DNA of 64,000 nt from NCBI GenBank assembly GCA_030834095.1, contig JAURGA010000002.1:9004-73003 (forward strand), in the 5' to 3' direction. The notes under the pieces were generated by a model that was given only the letters and a program-made list of their open reading frames with translations, ran no database searches and was not told the origin of the DNA. How positions within the stretch are numbered: position 1 is the stretch's first letter; the number at the start of each line of letters is the position of its first letter. Source of the stretch: Candidatus Nanopelagicales bacterium (GTDB taxonomy: Bacteria > Actinomycetota > Actinomycetes > Nanopelagicales > Nanopelagicaceae). The position numbers and the translations under genes are program-made. Shown piece by piece: positions 43,593 to 53,765 of the stretch.

Positions 43593-44342
43593 ATGAATAC
43601 AGATACCCCAGATGTTGTTGATACCAAGCAGGAAATTGTTTTTCGTGATGATATGACCGTTGAACTTGTTAAGTCTAGTGCAAGTGATGCCGATGTTATT
43701 TGGGCGGCGCGAGTATCAACTGCGGGGGAGACAACTTTAGAAAAAGTTGGTGAATCTAGTGAACGCGATGCTGGTTTAATTAATTATCTAGCGCGCGAAC
43801 GCCACGGAAGTCCATTCGAACATACATCAATGACATTCTTTGTTTCAGCGCCTATCTTTGTATTCCGTGAATTCATGCGCCACCGAATTGCTTCTTACAA
43901 TGAAGAGAGCGGTCGTTATCGTGAACTTCGCCCGGTTTTTTACATTCCAAATAAGGATCGCAAGTTAGTCCAGGTAGGCAAAACTGGTGCATACACTTTC
44001 GTTGATGGCACCCAAGAGCAATTAGATATAACAGTCAATGCGATTAAAGAAACTTGCATTGTTGCCTATGAAAATTATCAGAAGATTTTGGCATCTGGCG
44101 TTGCCCGAGAAGTAGCGCGCGCAGTTCTGCCAGTAACGCTTTACTCATCTATGTATGTAACTATGAATGCCCGAGCCCTAATGAATTTCCTTTCACTTCG
44201 CACATCTAGCCCAGATTCACATTTCCCGTCATATCCACAACGTGAAATCGAGATGGTTGCAGAGAAGATGGAGAAGCATTTTGCTGAACTTATGCCGATG
44301 ACTTACGGGGCATTTCAGAAATCTGGTCGCATAGCTCCGTAA
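43593..44342 (+). CDS. thyX: flavin-dependent thymidylate synthase
   Basis: ThyX signature RHRIASYNEESGRY (RHRxxSxxxxSxR). 249 aa. Confidence 0.95.
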   Translation: MNTDTPDVVDTKQEIVFRDDMTVELVKSSASDADVIWAARVSTAGETTLEKVGESSERDAGLINYLARERHGSPFEHTSMTFFVSAPIFVFREFMRHRIASYNEESGRYRELRPVFYIPNKDRKLVQVGKTGAYTFVDGTQEQLDITVNAIKETCIVAYENYQKILASGVAREVARAVLPVTLYSSMYVTMNARALMNFLSLRTSSPDSHFPSYPQREIEMVAEKMEKHFAELMPMTYGAFQKSGRIAP

Positions 44343-44362
44343 ATTGCGTGTAACCTAAGCTT

Positions 44363-45253
44363 ATGAGCCTTACACCTCCATTTGGTCGGTTAATTACCGC
44401 CATGGTTACGCCATTTAACAAGGATGGCGAAATTGATTGGGCTGGTGTCGAAAAATTAGCAGCGCATTTAGTCTCAACTGGACATGATGGAATCGTTGTA
44501 AATGGCACAACAGGCGAAGCACCAACAACAAGCGATGATGAGAAAGATCAAATCGTAAGTGTTGTTAAGAAAACAGTTGGGTCAAAGATTAAAGTAATCG
44601 CTGGTGCTGGCAACAATGAAACTTCACACTCGGTTGTGCAGGCACAACGTGCTGCAAAAGCTGGCGCAGATGGATTGTTAGTAGTAACGCCTTATTACAA
44701 CAAGCCACCACAAGCAGGAATTGCTGCCCACTTTAAAGCGATGGCCGATGCAACCGATCTCTCAGTGATGATGTATGACATTCCTGGCCGTACTGGAATT
44801 GAAATTGAATCTGACACGATTGTTGCCTTAGCTGAGCATCCAAGGATTGCTGCGTTAAAAGATGCAAAAGGGAATGTTGCAGCTACTTCTTGGGTAATTA
44901 AGCGCTCTGGAATTCCAGTTTATTCTGGCGATGATATTTTGAATCTGCCACTGCTATCAGTTGGCGCAGTTGGTTTTGTTTCGGTATGTGGCCACACCGT
45001 TGGAAGTGGTCTTCGTGAAATGCTAGACGCCTGGTTCTCTGGAAATGCTGTGCGTGCACTTGAAATTCATCAAAAATTATTACCGGTATTCACCGGAACC
45101 TTCCGCACCCAAGGTGCGATATTGACTAAGGCCGCACTCAATGAAATGGGCCTACCTGGTGGATTTACTAGATTGCCACTTGTCGATGCCACCGCTGCGC
45201 AAATAGCGCAACTGCGGGAGGACCTACGACAAGGCGGAGTAACACTTAACTAA
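44363..45253 (+). CDS. dapA: 4-hydroxy-tetrahydrodipicolinate synthase
   Basis: GTTGE motif (VNGTTGEAPT), Schiff-base Lys region (IAALKDAKG) and TIM-barrel length of 296 aa. Confidence 0.95.
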   Translation: MSLTPPFGRLITAMVTPFNKDGEIDWAGVEKLAAHLVSTGHDGIVVNGTTGEAPTTSDDEKDQIVSVVKKTVGSKIKVIAGAGNNETSHSVVQAQRAAKAGADGLLVVTPYYNKPPQAGIAAHFKAMADATDLSVMMYDIPGRTGIEIESDTIVALAEHPRIAALKDAKGNVAATSWVIKRSGIPVYSGDDILNLPLLSVGAVGFVSVCGHTVGSGLREMLDAWFSGNAVRALEIHQKLLPVFTGTFRTQGAILTKAALNEMGLPGGFTRLPLVDATAAQIAQLREDLRQGGVTLN

Positions 45254-46935
45254 TGAATCATCCTCATCCAGATTTACCCTATCCATCCAAGCTTGCTGCT
45301 AAAACACTTCGAATAGTTGCACTCGGTGGGCTAGGAGAGATCGGTCGCAACATGACCGTTTTCGAATACGAAGGAAAGTTGTTAGTAGTTGATTGCGGCG
45401 TATTGTTTCCCGAAGAGAATCAACCAGGTATTGATTTAATCCTTCCAGACTTCGAATACATCCGTGAGCGCTTAGATGATGTTGTTGCAGTTGCACTCAC
45501 TCATGGCCACGAAGATCACATCGGTGCAGTCCCATATTTGCTACGCGAGCGAAATGATATTCCGATAGTTGGATCGAAGCTAACACTTGCATTCACTGAG
45601 GCCAAGTTAAAGGAGCGTCGAATAACAGCTCCGACAGTTGAAGTTAAAGCTGGAATGATTCAGAAGTTTGGCCCATTCGAATTAGAGTTCATCGCAGTAA
45701 ATCACTCGATTCCAGATGCACTTGCAATTGCAATCCGAACACCAGCAGGGTTGGTTCTTGCGACTGGCGACTTTAAAATGGATCAGCTCCCACTAGATGG
45801 TCGCGTTACCGATCTAGCAAGCTTTGCCAGGCTAGGCGCCGAAGGCGTTGATTTATTTATGGTTGATTCGACAAATGCGGATGTTCCAGGATTCACAACT
45901 TCAGAGCGCGAAATAAGTCCAGTTTTGGATCGAGTTATTCGCCAGACCGAGCGTCGAGTAATTGTTGCCTCATTCGCATCACATGTTCACCGCATTCAAC
46001 AAATCATTGATGTTGCTGAATCACACGGCCGCAAGGTTGCATATGTTGGCCGCAGCATGGTTCGCAATATGAAATTAGCCGAAGATCTTGGTTATCTACA
46101 TATTCCACCGAACCTAATTGTTGATTCAAAGAATCTAAAAGATTACGGCGACAAAGTGGTTTTAATCTGCACTGGTTCGCAGGGTGAGCCACTTGCTGCA
46201 CTTTCTCGCATGGCCAATGGTGATCATGAAATTCAAGTAGGCAAAGGTGACACGGTTATTCTGGCTTCGTCACTTATTCCGGGAAATGAAAATCCGGTTT
46301 ATCGAGTTATTAATGAGCTCACAAGATTTGGTGCAAATGTTGTCCACAAAGGAAATGCAATGGTGCATGTTTCTGGGCACGCATCTGCCGGTGAATTGCT
46401 TTACTGCTACAACGTTGTAAAGCCAAAAAATGTTATGCCGATTCACGGCGAATGGCGCCACTTACGAGCAAATGCTGAACTTGCTATTAAAACTGGCGTT
46501 GCTCGAACAAATACTTTGGTTGTCGAAAATGGAATTGTTGTTGATATGGCTGATGGATACGCAGATGTTGCAGGAGCTATCCCAGTCGGCTTTGTTTATG
46601 TGGATGGTCAGAGTATTGGTGAAATTACCGAAAGCTCACTTAAAGATCGACGAATTCTGGGCGAAGAGGGTTTCATCTCAGTGGTCGTAGTTATCGAATC
46701 ACAAACTGGAAAAATAATTGCCGGTCCAGATATTCATGCTCGAGGATTTACTGAAGATAATGCGCTCTTTAACGAAGTAAAGGGCATGATTGAGAAGGCG
46801 CTAGCAACCGCTGTAAGTAATGGAATTAATGGAACACATCAGTTGCAACAAGTTGTAAGAAAAACAGTCGGCAGTTGGGTTGGCGATAAGCACCGACGTA
46901 AACCAATGATTGTTCCGGTAGTTATCGAGGTATAG
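45253..46935 (+). CDS. rnj: ribonuclease J
   Basis: Metallo-beta-lactamase motif LTHGHEDHIG, beta-CASP region and C-terminal domain. 560 aa. Its ATG shares one nt with the dapA stop. Confidence 0.95.
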   Translation: MNHPHPDLPYPSKLAAKTLRIVALGGLGEIGRNMTVFEYEGKLLVVDCGVLFPEENQPGIDLILPDFEYIRERLDDVVAVALTHGHEDHIGAVPYLLRERNDIPIVGSKLTLAFTEAKLKERRITAPTVEVKAGMIQKFGPFELEFIAVNHSIPDALAIAIRTPAGLVLATGDFKMDQLPLDGRVTDLASFARLGAEGVDLFMVDSTNADVPGFTTSEREISPVLDRVIRQTERRVIVASFASHVHRIQQIIDVAESHGRKVAYVGRSMVRNMKLAEDLGYLHIPPNLIVDSKNLKDYGDKVVLICTGSQGEPLAALSRMANGDHEIQVGKGDTVILASSLIPGNENPVYRVINELTRFGANVVHKGNAMVHVSGHASAGELLYCYNVVKPKNVMPIHGEWRHLRANAELAIKTGVARTNTLVVENGIVVDMADGYADVAGAIPVGFVYVDGQSIGEITESSLKDRRILGEEGFISVVVVIESQTGKIIAGPDIHARGFTEDNALFNEVKGMIEKALATAVSNGINGTHQLQQVVRKTVGSWVGDKHRRKPMIVPVVIEV

Positions 46936-46984
46936 CGGCGCGCCTTAGTTACCGCGTATATCGAACGCTTTAAGGTTAGCCATT

Positions 46985-49309
46985 ATGGCCGCGAAAAGAA
47001 AAGCTTCAACCAAGAAATCTGCGGCAGCCACTGGTGCTGCGCGCGGAATCGGTGCGCTTTGGAAATTCTTTGCAAAGACTCTCGGCTCATCTATTCGCTT
47101 TATCTTTCGTGGCGCCCAGGATTTAGATCCGGCTCATCAACGAGATGGCCTGGCATTTATAGTTTTTATCCTTGGACTCATTTCTGCAGCAGGTGTCTGG
47201 TTTAGCTTAGATAATGTTGTGGGGCATGGAATTTATGCCGCAGTCTTTGGTCTGATTGGAAAACTTGGATTTATTACGCCAATTATCTTTATCTACTTCG
47301 CATTTCGATTGTTTAGGGCGCCAGATGATTCAAAGGCCACTGGGCGAATCATTGTCGGAACCTTCGTCCTTCTTATCTCAATAACTGGCTTACTCCATAT
47401 CCTCAATGGCTCAAGTGGAACGGGCCAGACGGCAATCCGTGATGGTGGCGGTTGGATTGGATACGGAATTTCGACCCCACTAGTTGCGCTTGTAACAATA
47501 ATTCTTGCGATTCCAATACTTCTGATACTTCTTTTCTTTGGAATTTTGGTTATCACTGCTACGCCTGTATCAAAGGTATTCGGACGAATCTCAACGCTAT
47601 TTCACTGGGGTAGCGGAAAAGTCTCTGATGCTCGAGCTGCACGTGCTGAGGAGAAATTTGAAATCTCTGACACCCCGCCATTTGAAACCCCGCTGGTTCA
47701 AGGATTTGTTCATGAAGAAGAAGAGTTGGATGAAGAGAGTTTTGACGAAGAGTTCACAGTTGAGAATCCTAGGGATCCAACCCCGCTAAATGCTCCGGTT
47801 GCCAGCGTCCCTAAACATGCGAAGCAGATGTTGTTAACTGGCGATACCAAATATGAATTACCTTCAATGGATTTGCTTAAAACTGGCCCAGCATCAAAGG
47901 CGAAGTCAAAGGCAAATGATGTTGTTGTTGCGGCGCTGACTCAAGTCTTTGATCAGTTTGGTGTTGAATGCCGAGTTACTGGATTTATGCGTGGGCCAAC
48001 GGTTACACGTTATGAAGTTGAACTTGGAAACGGTGTGAAGGTAGAAGCAATCACAGCGCTTGCAAAGAATATTTCCTATGCGGTTGCTAGCGGAGATGTC
48101 CGAATTCTCTCGCCAATTCCAGGAAAATCTGCTGTTGGAATTGAGATCCCAAATACCGATCGCGAAATCGTCGCCCTTGGAGATGTTCTACGTTCTCCAG
48201 TTGCCGGAAACGACGCTCACCCAATGGTTATTGCACTTGGTAAAGATGTAGAAGGAAACTTTATCTGCGCGAACTTAGCGAAGATGCCGCACCTATTAGT
48301 AGCTGGTGCAACCGGTGCTGGAAAATCTTCAATGATTAATTCGCTGATAGTCTCGATTCTTATGCGTTCAACCCCAGATGATGTTCGCCTGGTAATGATT
48401 GACCCAAAGCGGGTAGAACTCACAAGTTATGAAGGAATTCCACATCTAATTGCTCCAATCATCACAAACCCAAAAAAGGCAGCTGATGTTCTTGCCTGGG
48501 TGGTGCGTGAAATGGATATGCGTTATGACGATCTTTCAGCTTTTGGATTTAGGCATATTGATGATTTTAATAAGGCAGTTCGCTCTGGAAAGTTAATTGT
48601 TCCAGAGGGTAGTGAGAGAATTCTTGAGCCTTATCCATATCTACTTGTGATAATTGACGAGCTAGCAGATCTGATGATGGTTGCAGCAAGAGAAGTTGAA
48701 GAGTCGATTGTGCGAATTACCCAACTAGCCAGAGCTGCCGGAATTCACTTGGTAATCGCAACCCAACGCCCAAGCGTCGATATCGTTACGGGTCTAATCA
48801 AAGCAAATGTTCCATCACGTTTATCCTTTGCTACATCAAGCCTTGCGGATTCGAGAGTTATTCTAGATACGCCAGGAGCTGAAAAATTAGTAGGCCAGGG
48901 CGATGCGCTTTTCTTGCCGATGGGAGCAAGTAAGGCAATGCGAATTCAAGGGGCATATGTTTCAGAGCGCGAAACTGAAGCGATTGTGAACCATGTTAAA
49001 TCGCAATTACAACCGGTGTACCGTCTTGATTTAACTGCTCCAGTAAAGGCTCATATTATTGAAGATGATATTGGCGATGACATGGATCTCTTGTTGCAAG
49101 CGGTGCAATTAGTTGTCTCAACACAATTTGGTTCGACATCCATGTTGCAACGTAAATTACGAATTGGTTTTGCAAAAGCTGGAAGATTAATGGATTTAAT
49201 GGAGAGTCGCGGCATTGTGGGGCCGACGGAAGGTTCTAAGGCGCGAACCGTTTTAATTACCGCTGAGCAGATGCCCGAAGTTCTTGAGCAATTGCAGGGA
49301 AATCTCTGA
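46985..49309 (+). CDS. ftsK: DNA translocase FtsK
   Basis: N-terminal 4-TM domain, acidic linker, motor domain with Walker A GATGAGKSS and Walker B VIIDELADL, and a C-terminal gamma winged helix (STSMLQRKLRIGFAKAGRLMDLME). Confidence 0.96.
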   Translation: MAAKRKASTKKSAAATGAARGIGALWKFFAKTLGSSIRFIFRGAQDLDPAHQRDGLAFIVFILGLISAAGVWFSLDNVVGHGIYAAVFGLIGKLGFITPIIFIYFAFRLFRAPDDSKATGRIIVGTFVLLISITGLLHILNGSSGTGQTAIRDGGGWIGYGISTPLVALVTIILAIPILLILLFFGILVITATPVSKVFGRISTLFHWGSGKVSDARAARAEEKFEISDTPPFETPLVQGFVHEEEELDEESFDEEFTVENPRDPTPLNAPVASVPKHAKQMLLTGDTKYELPSMDLLKTGPASKAKSKANDVVVAALTQVFDQFGVECRVTGFMRGPTVTRYEVELGNGVKVEAITALAKNISYAVASGDVRILSPIPGKSAVGIEIPNTDREIVALGDVLRSPVAGNDAHPMVIALGKDVEGNFICANLAKMPHLLVAGATGAGKSSMINSLIVSILMRSTPDDVRLVMIDPKRVELTSYEGIPHLIAPIITNPKKAADVLAWVVREMDMRYDDLSAFGFRHIDDFNKAVRSGKLIVPEGSERILEPYPYLLVIIDELADLMMVAAREVEESIVRITQLARAAGIHLVIATQRPSVDIVTGLIKANVPSRLSFATSSLADSRVILDTPGAEKLVGQGDALFLPMGASKAMRIQGAYVSERETEAIVNHVKSQLQPVYRLDLTAPVKAHIIEDDIGDDMDLLLQAVQLVVSTQFGSTSMLQRKLRIGFAKAGRLMDLMESRGIVGPTEGSKARTVLITAEQMPEVLEQLQGNL

Positions 49310-49393
49310 TACAAAAGTTGTAATTCAGCGTGAGCTAACCCTCTGGGGTCAGTTTTCGGGGTGAATTCACCTCTTGGTCAAACTCGGACTTGT

Positions 49394-49414
49394 CCTAAGG
49401 CGCCTTCAGGTTTT
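49394..49414 (+). terminator. intrinsic terminator after ftsK
   Basis: CCTAAG / GCGC loop / CTT(C)AGG hairpin around the perfect palindrome AAGGCGCCTT (49397-49406), followed immediately by TTTT (49411-14). Confidence 0.5.
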
Positions 49415-49482
49415 ACTCTTAGGGCCCTGGAAATCCCCTTCCATGTTGCTTTAACAGCAAGTTCTCCGCAAAAGGAAAATAA

Positions 49483-50232
49483 ATGAGTTTAGAAAATCTA
49501 ACTCTCGGCACCGAAATTCGTGATGCTCGCGAAGGTGCTGGCTTTTCAGTGGCGAAAATTGCCCAAATTACGCGAATTCGTGAAACCTTAATCAAGGATA
49601 TTGAATCCGATAAATTCGAGAGCTGTGGCGGCAATGCATATGCGCGTGGACATATCCGAACAATTGCAAAAGTTTTAAACTTAAATGCTGATTTACTTAT
49701 CGAGAAATTTGCACAGACCACTGGTGACTTTGATCGACCAATGGTTGATTTGCTCGAAGAGAATAATGTAATTAAGCAACGTGCTCCTCGTCCTGCAATT
49801 TCATTTAAAGCCTTAGCGTCAGTCGCTGCCGGAGTCGTTGCACTCTTGATTGCAGTGCCAGCAGTAATCTCACTCTTCCCAAATGACACGACCTCACCTT
49901 TGGCTCCGTCAAGCCAAGGTCCGGCCCCTTCAACGACTGAACAGAACTCGCAAGTTGTCGCTTCAGCGACCTCCGGAGTTTCGCTAGTTGTTTCAGGTAT
50001 TTCTGGAAAATCTTGGATTGGAATCCAAGATGCAAGTGGAGCTCAAATGTTTAGCGGCTCAATCAAGGCTGGAGAAGTAAAATCCTTTAGTGAGGATCAA
50101 TTTATACATGCAATAATTGGAAATGCTGCGGCAGTTTCGCTCAATGTAAATGGCCGAGAAATTGGAACGCCTGGCGGAGTCGGGGAAGTAGTTCATCTTT
50201 CATTCACTCCAAATGGTTCAAATAACGGTTAA
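49483..50232 (+). CDS. RodZ-like helix-turn-helix protein (HTH plus TM plus DUF4115-like C-terminus)
   Basis: N-terminal XRE-type HTH (LGTEIRDAREGAGFSVAKIAQITRIRETLIKDIE), one TM segment (AAGVVALLIAVPAVISLF) and a beta-rich C-terminal domain (SWIGIQDASG...AVSLNVNGREIG). Confidence 0.72.
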   Translation: MSLENLTLGTEIRDAREGAGFSVAKIAQITRIRETLIKDIESDKFESCGGNAYARGHIRTIAKVLNLNADLLIEKFAQTTGDFDRPMVDLLEENNVIKQRAPRPAISFKALASVAAGVVALLIAVPAVISLFPNDTTSPLAPSSQGPAPSTTEQNSQVVASATSGVSLVVSGISGKSWIGIQDASGAQMFSGSIKAGEVKSFSEDQFIHAIIGNAAAVSLNVNGREIGTPGGVGEVVHLSFTPNGSNNG

Positions 50233-50261
50233 GTACAATTTAAAACTTAACCCACTGTAAG

Positions 50262-51671
50262 ATGGCGCAGATGAGCGCCGAGAATTTAGATAACAACCTA
50301 GCCGTAAAGGCGCCTCGCACCGTTGCACTCGTAACCCTTGGATGCGCACGCAACGAAGTTGACTCTGAGGAACTTGCCGGAAGATTATCTGCAGATGGCT
50401 GGACCTTAGTTTCCGATCCCGCACGTGCCGAAGTAGCTTTAGTTAATACTTGTGGTTTTATTGAAAGTGCAAAGAAAGATTCAGTAGATGCCCTGTTAGA
50501 GGCACATTCCCTCAAAACAAATGGGATAACCAAAGCCGTTGTCGCAGTTGGCTGCATGGCCGAGCGATATGGAAATGAACTTTCTGAGGCGCTTCCGGAA
50601 GCAGATGCAATTTTAGGCTTTGATGATTATGAAGATATCTCGATTAGATTGCAGACAATTATTGGTGGTGGCTCTATCGCAGCACATAAGCCAAAAGATC
50701 GCCGGGCGCTTTTGCCAATCGCACCAGCTGATCGCCAGAACTTAAGTCAGCCCAACCAAATCCTTTCCCGTAAGCGATTAGATTCGGCACCTATCGCGCC
50801 GCTAAAGATTGCATCTGGATGTGATCGTAGATGTTCATTCTGCGCGATTCCAATGTTTCGTGGCTCATTTGTTTCAAGGCGCCCAACCGAGATTATTGAA
50901 GAAGCTCAATGGCTGGCAACACAGGGAGTCTCTGAACTCTTTCTGGTCAGCGAGAACACGACTTCATATGGCAAAGATTTCAAGGATATGAAAGTTCTAG
51001 AAAATATGCTTCCCGATATTGCAAAGATTCCAGGCATCGAGCGGATTCGCCTCTCATATCTGCAACCAGCCGAAATGCGACCATCACTTATCCAAGCTAT
51101 GATTTCAGTTCCTAAAGTTGTTCCTTATTTTGATCTCTCATTTCAGCATGCAAGCCCAACAGTTCTACGTCGCATGCGCCGCTTCGGTGATACCGATTCT
51201 TTCCTCCATTTAATTACTCAAATTCGTGCGCTCTCGCCACAAGCCGGAGTCCGTTCAAATGTAATTGTTGGGTTTCCTGGTGAGACCCAAGAAGAGTTTG
51301 ACGAGCTAGTCGACTTTTTATCACGGGCCAGACTTGATGCAATTGGGGTATTTGGATATTCAGATGAAGATAAGACCGAAGCACTCAGCCTTGAAGAAAA
51401 AGTGGATCAAGATGTAATTAATTCCCGGGTCGAATTACTTTCAAAATTAGTTGATGAGTTTTTAATGCAACGCGCCGAAGAGCGAATCGGAGAGCATGTT
51501 CGAGTTCTAATTGAAGATGAAGATACCCAAGAAGGTCGGGCGGAGCACCAAGGGCCTGAAGTCGATGGTTCTACCTTTGTTACGGGCCGCGCGAAATATA
51601 AAGTTGGCGAGTATGTTGATGCAGTAGTTACCGAAGTTTCTGGCGTAGATTTAATCGCGGTGCCGTTGTGA
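50262..51671 (+). CDS. rimO: ribosomal protein S12 methylthiotransferase
   Basis: MTTase N-domain ([13 protein letters not shown]), radical-SAM CDRRCSFC and a TRAM domain. RimO-type N-terminus. Confidence 0.9.
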   Translation: MAQMSAENLDNNLAVKAPRTVALVTLGCARNEVDSEELAGRLSADGWTLVSDPARAEVALVNTCGFIESAKKDSVDALLEAHSLKTNGITKAVVAVGCMAERYGNELSEALPEADAILGFDDYEDISIRLQTIIGGGSIAAHKPKDRRALLPIAPADRQNLSQPNQILSRKRLDSAPIAPLKIASGCDRRCSFCAIPMFRGSFVSRRPTEIIEEAQWLATQGVSELFLVSENTTSYGKDFKDMKVLENMLPDIAKIPGIERIRLSYLQPAEMRPSLIQAMISVPKVVPYFDLSFQHASPTVLRRMRRFGDTDSFLHLITQIRALSPQAGVRSNVIVGFPGETQEEFDELVDFLSRARLDAIGVFGYSDEDKTEALSLEEKVDQDVINSRVELLSKLVDEFLMQRAEERIGEHVRVLIEDEDTQEGRAEHQGPEVDGSTFVTGRAKYKVGEYVDAVVTEVSGVDLIAVPL

Positions 51672-52201
51672 AATTACTAAATCTTCCAAACACCTTAACA
51701 ATTTCTCGCCTGCTTGCAGTTCCATTCTGTTGTTATGCACTTTTTAAAAATGGTGGTGATGATTGGGTCTGGCAGATAATTGCCTGGACTGGATTCTTCC
51801 TAGTGGGTCTAACAGATTTTCTAGATGGCCGGATTGCTCGCTCACGCAAACAAATCACAAGTTTCGGAACCTTCCTTGATCCAGTGGCAGATAAAATTGC
51901 AATAGGGGCCGCCATGGTCGGTCTATCAATGCAGGGAAAGTTGTGGTGGTGGGTCACAATTTTGATTCTGGTCCGCGAAGTATCGGTGACGGTTCTGCGG
52001 TTAACTGTTATCAAAGATGGCGTGATTCCGGCAAGCAGAGGCGGAAAACTTAAGGCAGCTCTCCAGGGCTTTGGAGTCGGCTTCTATATTCTGCCGCTAC
52101 CAACCTGGCTACACATCCCACGAGATGCCTTTATGGCGATTGCAATCTATTTAACAATAAAGACTGGCTATGACTATTTCAAGAATGTCATCAAGAAGTA
52201 A
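51668..52201 (+). CDS. pgsA: CDP-diacylglycerol--glycerol-3-phosphate 3-phosphatidyltransferase
   Basis: CDP-alcohol phosphotransferase motif [31 protein letters not shown] overlap with rimO. Confidence 0.9.
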   Translation: MKLLNLPNTLTISRLLAVPFCCYALFKNGGDDWVWQIIAWTGFFLVGLTDFLDGRIARSRKQITSFGTFLDPVADKIAIGAAMVGLSMQGKLWWWVTILILVREVSVTVLRLTVIKDGVIPASRGGKLKAALQGFGVGFYILPLPTWLHIPRDAFMAIAIYLTIKTGYDYFKNVIKK

Positions 52202-52209
52202 GACCCGCT

Positions 52210-52686
52210 ATGAAAAATACTGAACTGGCAGAGACCGTTGTAAAACAATTGATAAGAGCCGGCAAGACAGTAGCTGTGGCCGAGTCCTTAACTGGCGGCG
52301 GATTAGGTACAGTAATTACCGAGATAGCAGGATCTTCCGAAGTTTTTCGTGGTGGAATCACAGCCTATAGCGATGCCAGCAAGACAAAGTTATTGGATGT
52401 CCCAAAAAAACTAATTACAAAATATACGGCGGTTTCTGAAGAAGTCGCAAAAGAAATGGCAACCAGCGCCCGCAACTTATTTAAAACAGATTATGCAATT
52501 TCTACTACCGGAGTCGCCGGCCCAGGTAAGGCCTATGGCAAAAGCGCTGGCACTGTTTGGTTGGCCATTGCTAGCAAAAAAGAGGTCATAGCCGTTGAAC
52601 TTTCGATTTCCGGTGATCGCGCCACGGTAAGAAATGCCACAATTGAGAGCGCATTGGCCACTTTTTCGCGTATCCTTAGCCTGTGA
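52210..52686 (+). CDS. CinA C-terminal domain protein (nicotinamide-nucleotide amidohydrolase PncC-like)
   Basis: 158 aa with [13 protein letters not shown]...GGITAYS...STTGVAGPG, typical of a stand-alone CinA/PncC domain. Confidence 0.88.
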   Translation: MKNTELAETVVKQLIRAGKTVAVAESLTGGGLGTVITEIAGSSEVFRGGITAYSDASKTKLLDVPKKLITKYTAVSEEVAKEMATSARNLFKTDYAISTTGVAGPGKAYGKSAGTVWLAIASKKEVIAVELSISGDRATVRNATIESALATFSRILSL

Positions 52687-52970
52687 GCTCAGTAAAAGAA
52701 GTGACCCTGTTGCGCACCCACATTGGTAGCGCACTTCGTCAAGCCCGCATTTCCCAAGGTCGCACACTTCGTGATGTCGCAAAAGGCGCTCGCGTTTCTC
52801 TTGGTTATCTCTCTGAAGTAGAACGTGGTCAGAAGGAAGCTTCATCCGAACTTTTGAATGCAATCTGCCAAGCTCTCGATCTCTCGCTTCTTACAGTTAT
52901 GTCTGAAGTAACAATTGCACTTCGCACAACAGAGGCTCCATCACTCAGCGTTGTAGAAGCCGCCGCTTAG
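52683..52970 (+). CDS. clgR: XRE-family transcriptional regulator, ClgR-like
   Basis: [50 protein letters not shown] matches the ClgR/PopR subgroup. It holds the conserved pgsA-cinA-clgR position. GTGA overlap with cinA. Confidence 0.75.
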   Translation: MSSVKEVTLLRTHIGSALRQARISQGRTLRDVAKGARVSLGYLSEVERGQKEASSELLNAICQALDLSLLTVMSEVTIALRTTEAPSLSVVEAAA

Positions 52971-53013
52971 CTTTCTGCTGGCGACGATATTTCCGGATAG
53001 CGCCAAAAATCCA

Positions 53014-53520
53014 ATGACTTTAGCCCCAGCCCAACGCTCACGAACTGCAATCTTGTTGGGTGCAAAAATCGTTATCACCGAGGTCGGTTTTTATGAATCC
53101 AATATGGTCGATATTGCAGCTCGCGCCCAAGTTTCAAGAGCAACGGTCTATAACCACTTTGCAGATAAAGAAGAGATGATGCTTAGCCTTCTAGAATCTG
53201 AAATCCTACGTCTCGCTGATTTAGCCAAGAGTGCGCCATCGCCAAAGGATGCGCTAGTGATTCTTTCGCGAGAGATTTCAGGGGATCCGGCCCTACGCAA
53301 AATGACGGTGACAGATCCAACAGAAATCGCCGCCTTCGTAACTATTGGCACACATCCACTATGGGCTTTGGTCCAAGAGTCACTGACCAAGATTTTTGGT
53401 CTCGACAATTCCAGTCTGGTTCTGCATTGGCTATTGGGTCAGATCGCTTCACCGTTGACGCCAGCAGAATCAGCTCATCAAGCCGATCAATTAAGTTCCG
53501 CGCTAAATGCGAATCACTGA
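53014..53520 (+). CDS. TetR family transcriptional regulator
   Basis: N-terminal TetR HTH (MVDIAARAQVSRATVYNHFADKEEMM) and an all-helical C-terminal domain. 168 aa. Confidence 0.85.
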   Translation: MTLAPAQRSRTAILLGAKIVITEVGFYESNMVDIAARAQVSRATVYNHFADKEEMMLSLLESEILRLADLAKSAPSPKDALVILSREISGDPALRKMTVTDPTEIAAFVTIGTHPLWALVQESLTKIFGLDNSSLVLHWLLGQIASPLTPAESAHQADQLSSALNANH

Positions 53521-53698
53521 GTTACGCGCTCGCATTGCTGAATATTTTCCAGATCCAACGACATATTCCAGAGATACCGTTCATGCCGAATTAGGTGGCG
53601 TAACAGTTGAACAAGCTCTAGTAATGGGCCAAGAACCAGGAGATATCTGGAAGGGCATCGTTGCTCATAATCCAGAGATGCCCGCCAAATTCAGATAG
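53507..53698 (+). CDS. DUF3046 family protein (conserved recA-upstream gene of Actinobacteria)
   Basis: 63 aa: MRITELRARIAEYFPD...YSRDTVHAELGGVTVEQAL..G.EPGDIWKGI. Immediately upstream of recA, as in the Mycobacterium Rv2738c-recA arrangement as I recall it. Confidence 0.8.
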   Translation: MRITELRARIAEYFPDPTTYSRDTVHAELGGVTVEQALVMGQEPGDIWKGIVAHNPEMPAKFR

Positions 53699-53732
53699 AC
53701 CAACTTAGATAGACCAACTTAGATAGACCAAC
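53694..53732 (+). repeat. 14-nt direct tandem repeat, 2.8 copies (GATAGACCAACTTA)
   Basis: Copies at 53694-53707, 53708-53721 and 53722-53732 (partial), all identical. The first copy contains the DUF3046 stop codon. Confidence 0.95.
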
Positions 53733-53765
53733 AAAACCCCCACCGGGTCGGCGTGTTGTTGCGAT

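Noticed and set aside
46490-46530. SOS-box-like half site CGAACAAATACTTTGGTTGTCGAA inside rnj.
   Set aside because: There is no GAAC-N4-GTTC spacing and the site is intragenic, so it is a chance similarity.
49419-49889. 156-aa minus-strand ORF overlapping the RodZ-like gene and the upstream spacer.
   Set aside because: The plus-strand frame gives a clean XRE-type HTH, a TM segment and a beta-rich domain. The minus-strand product has no motifs and shadow-frame composition.
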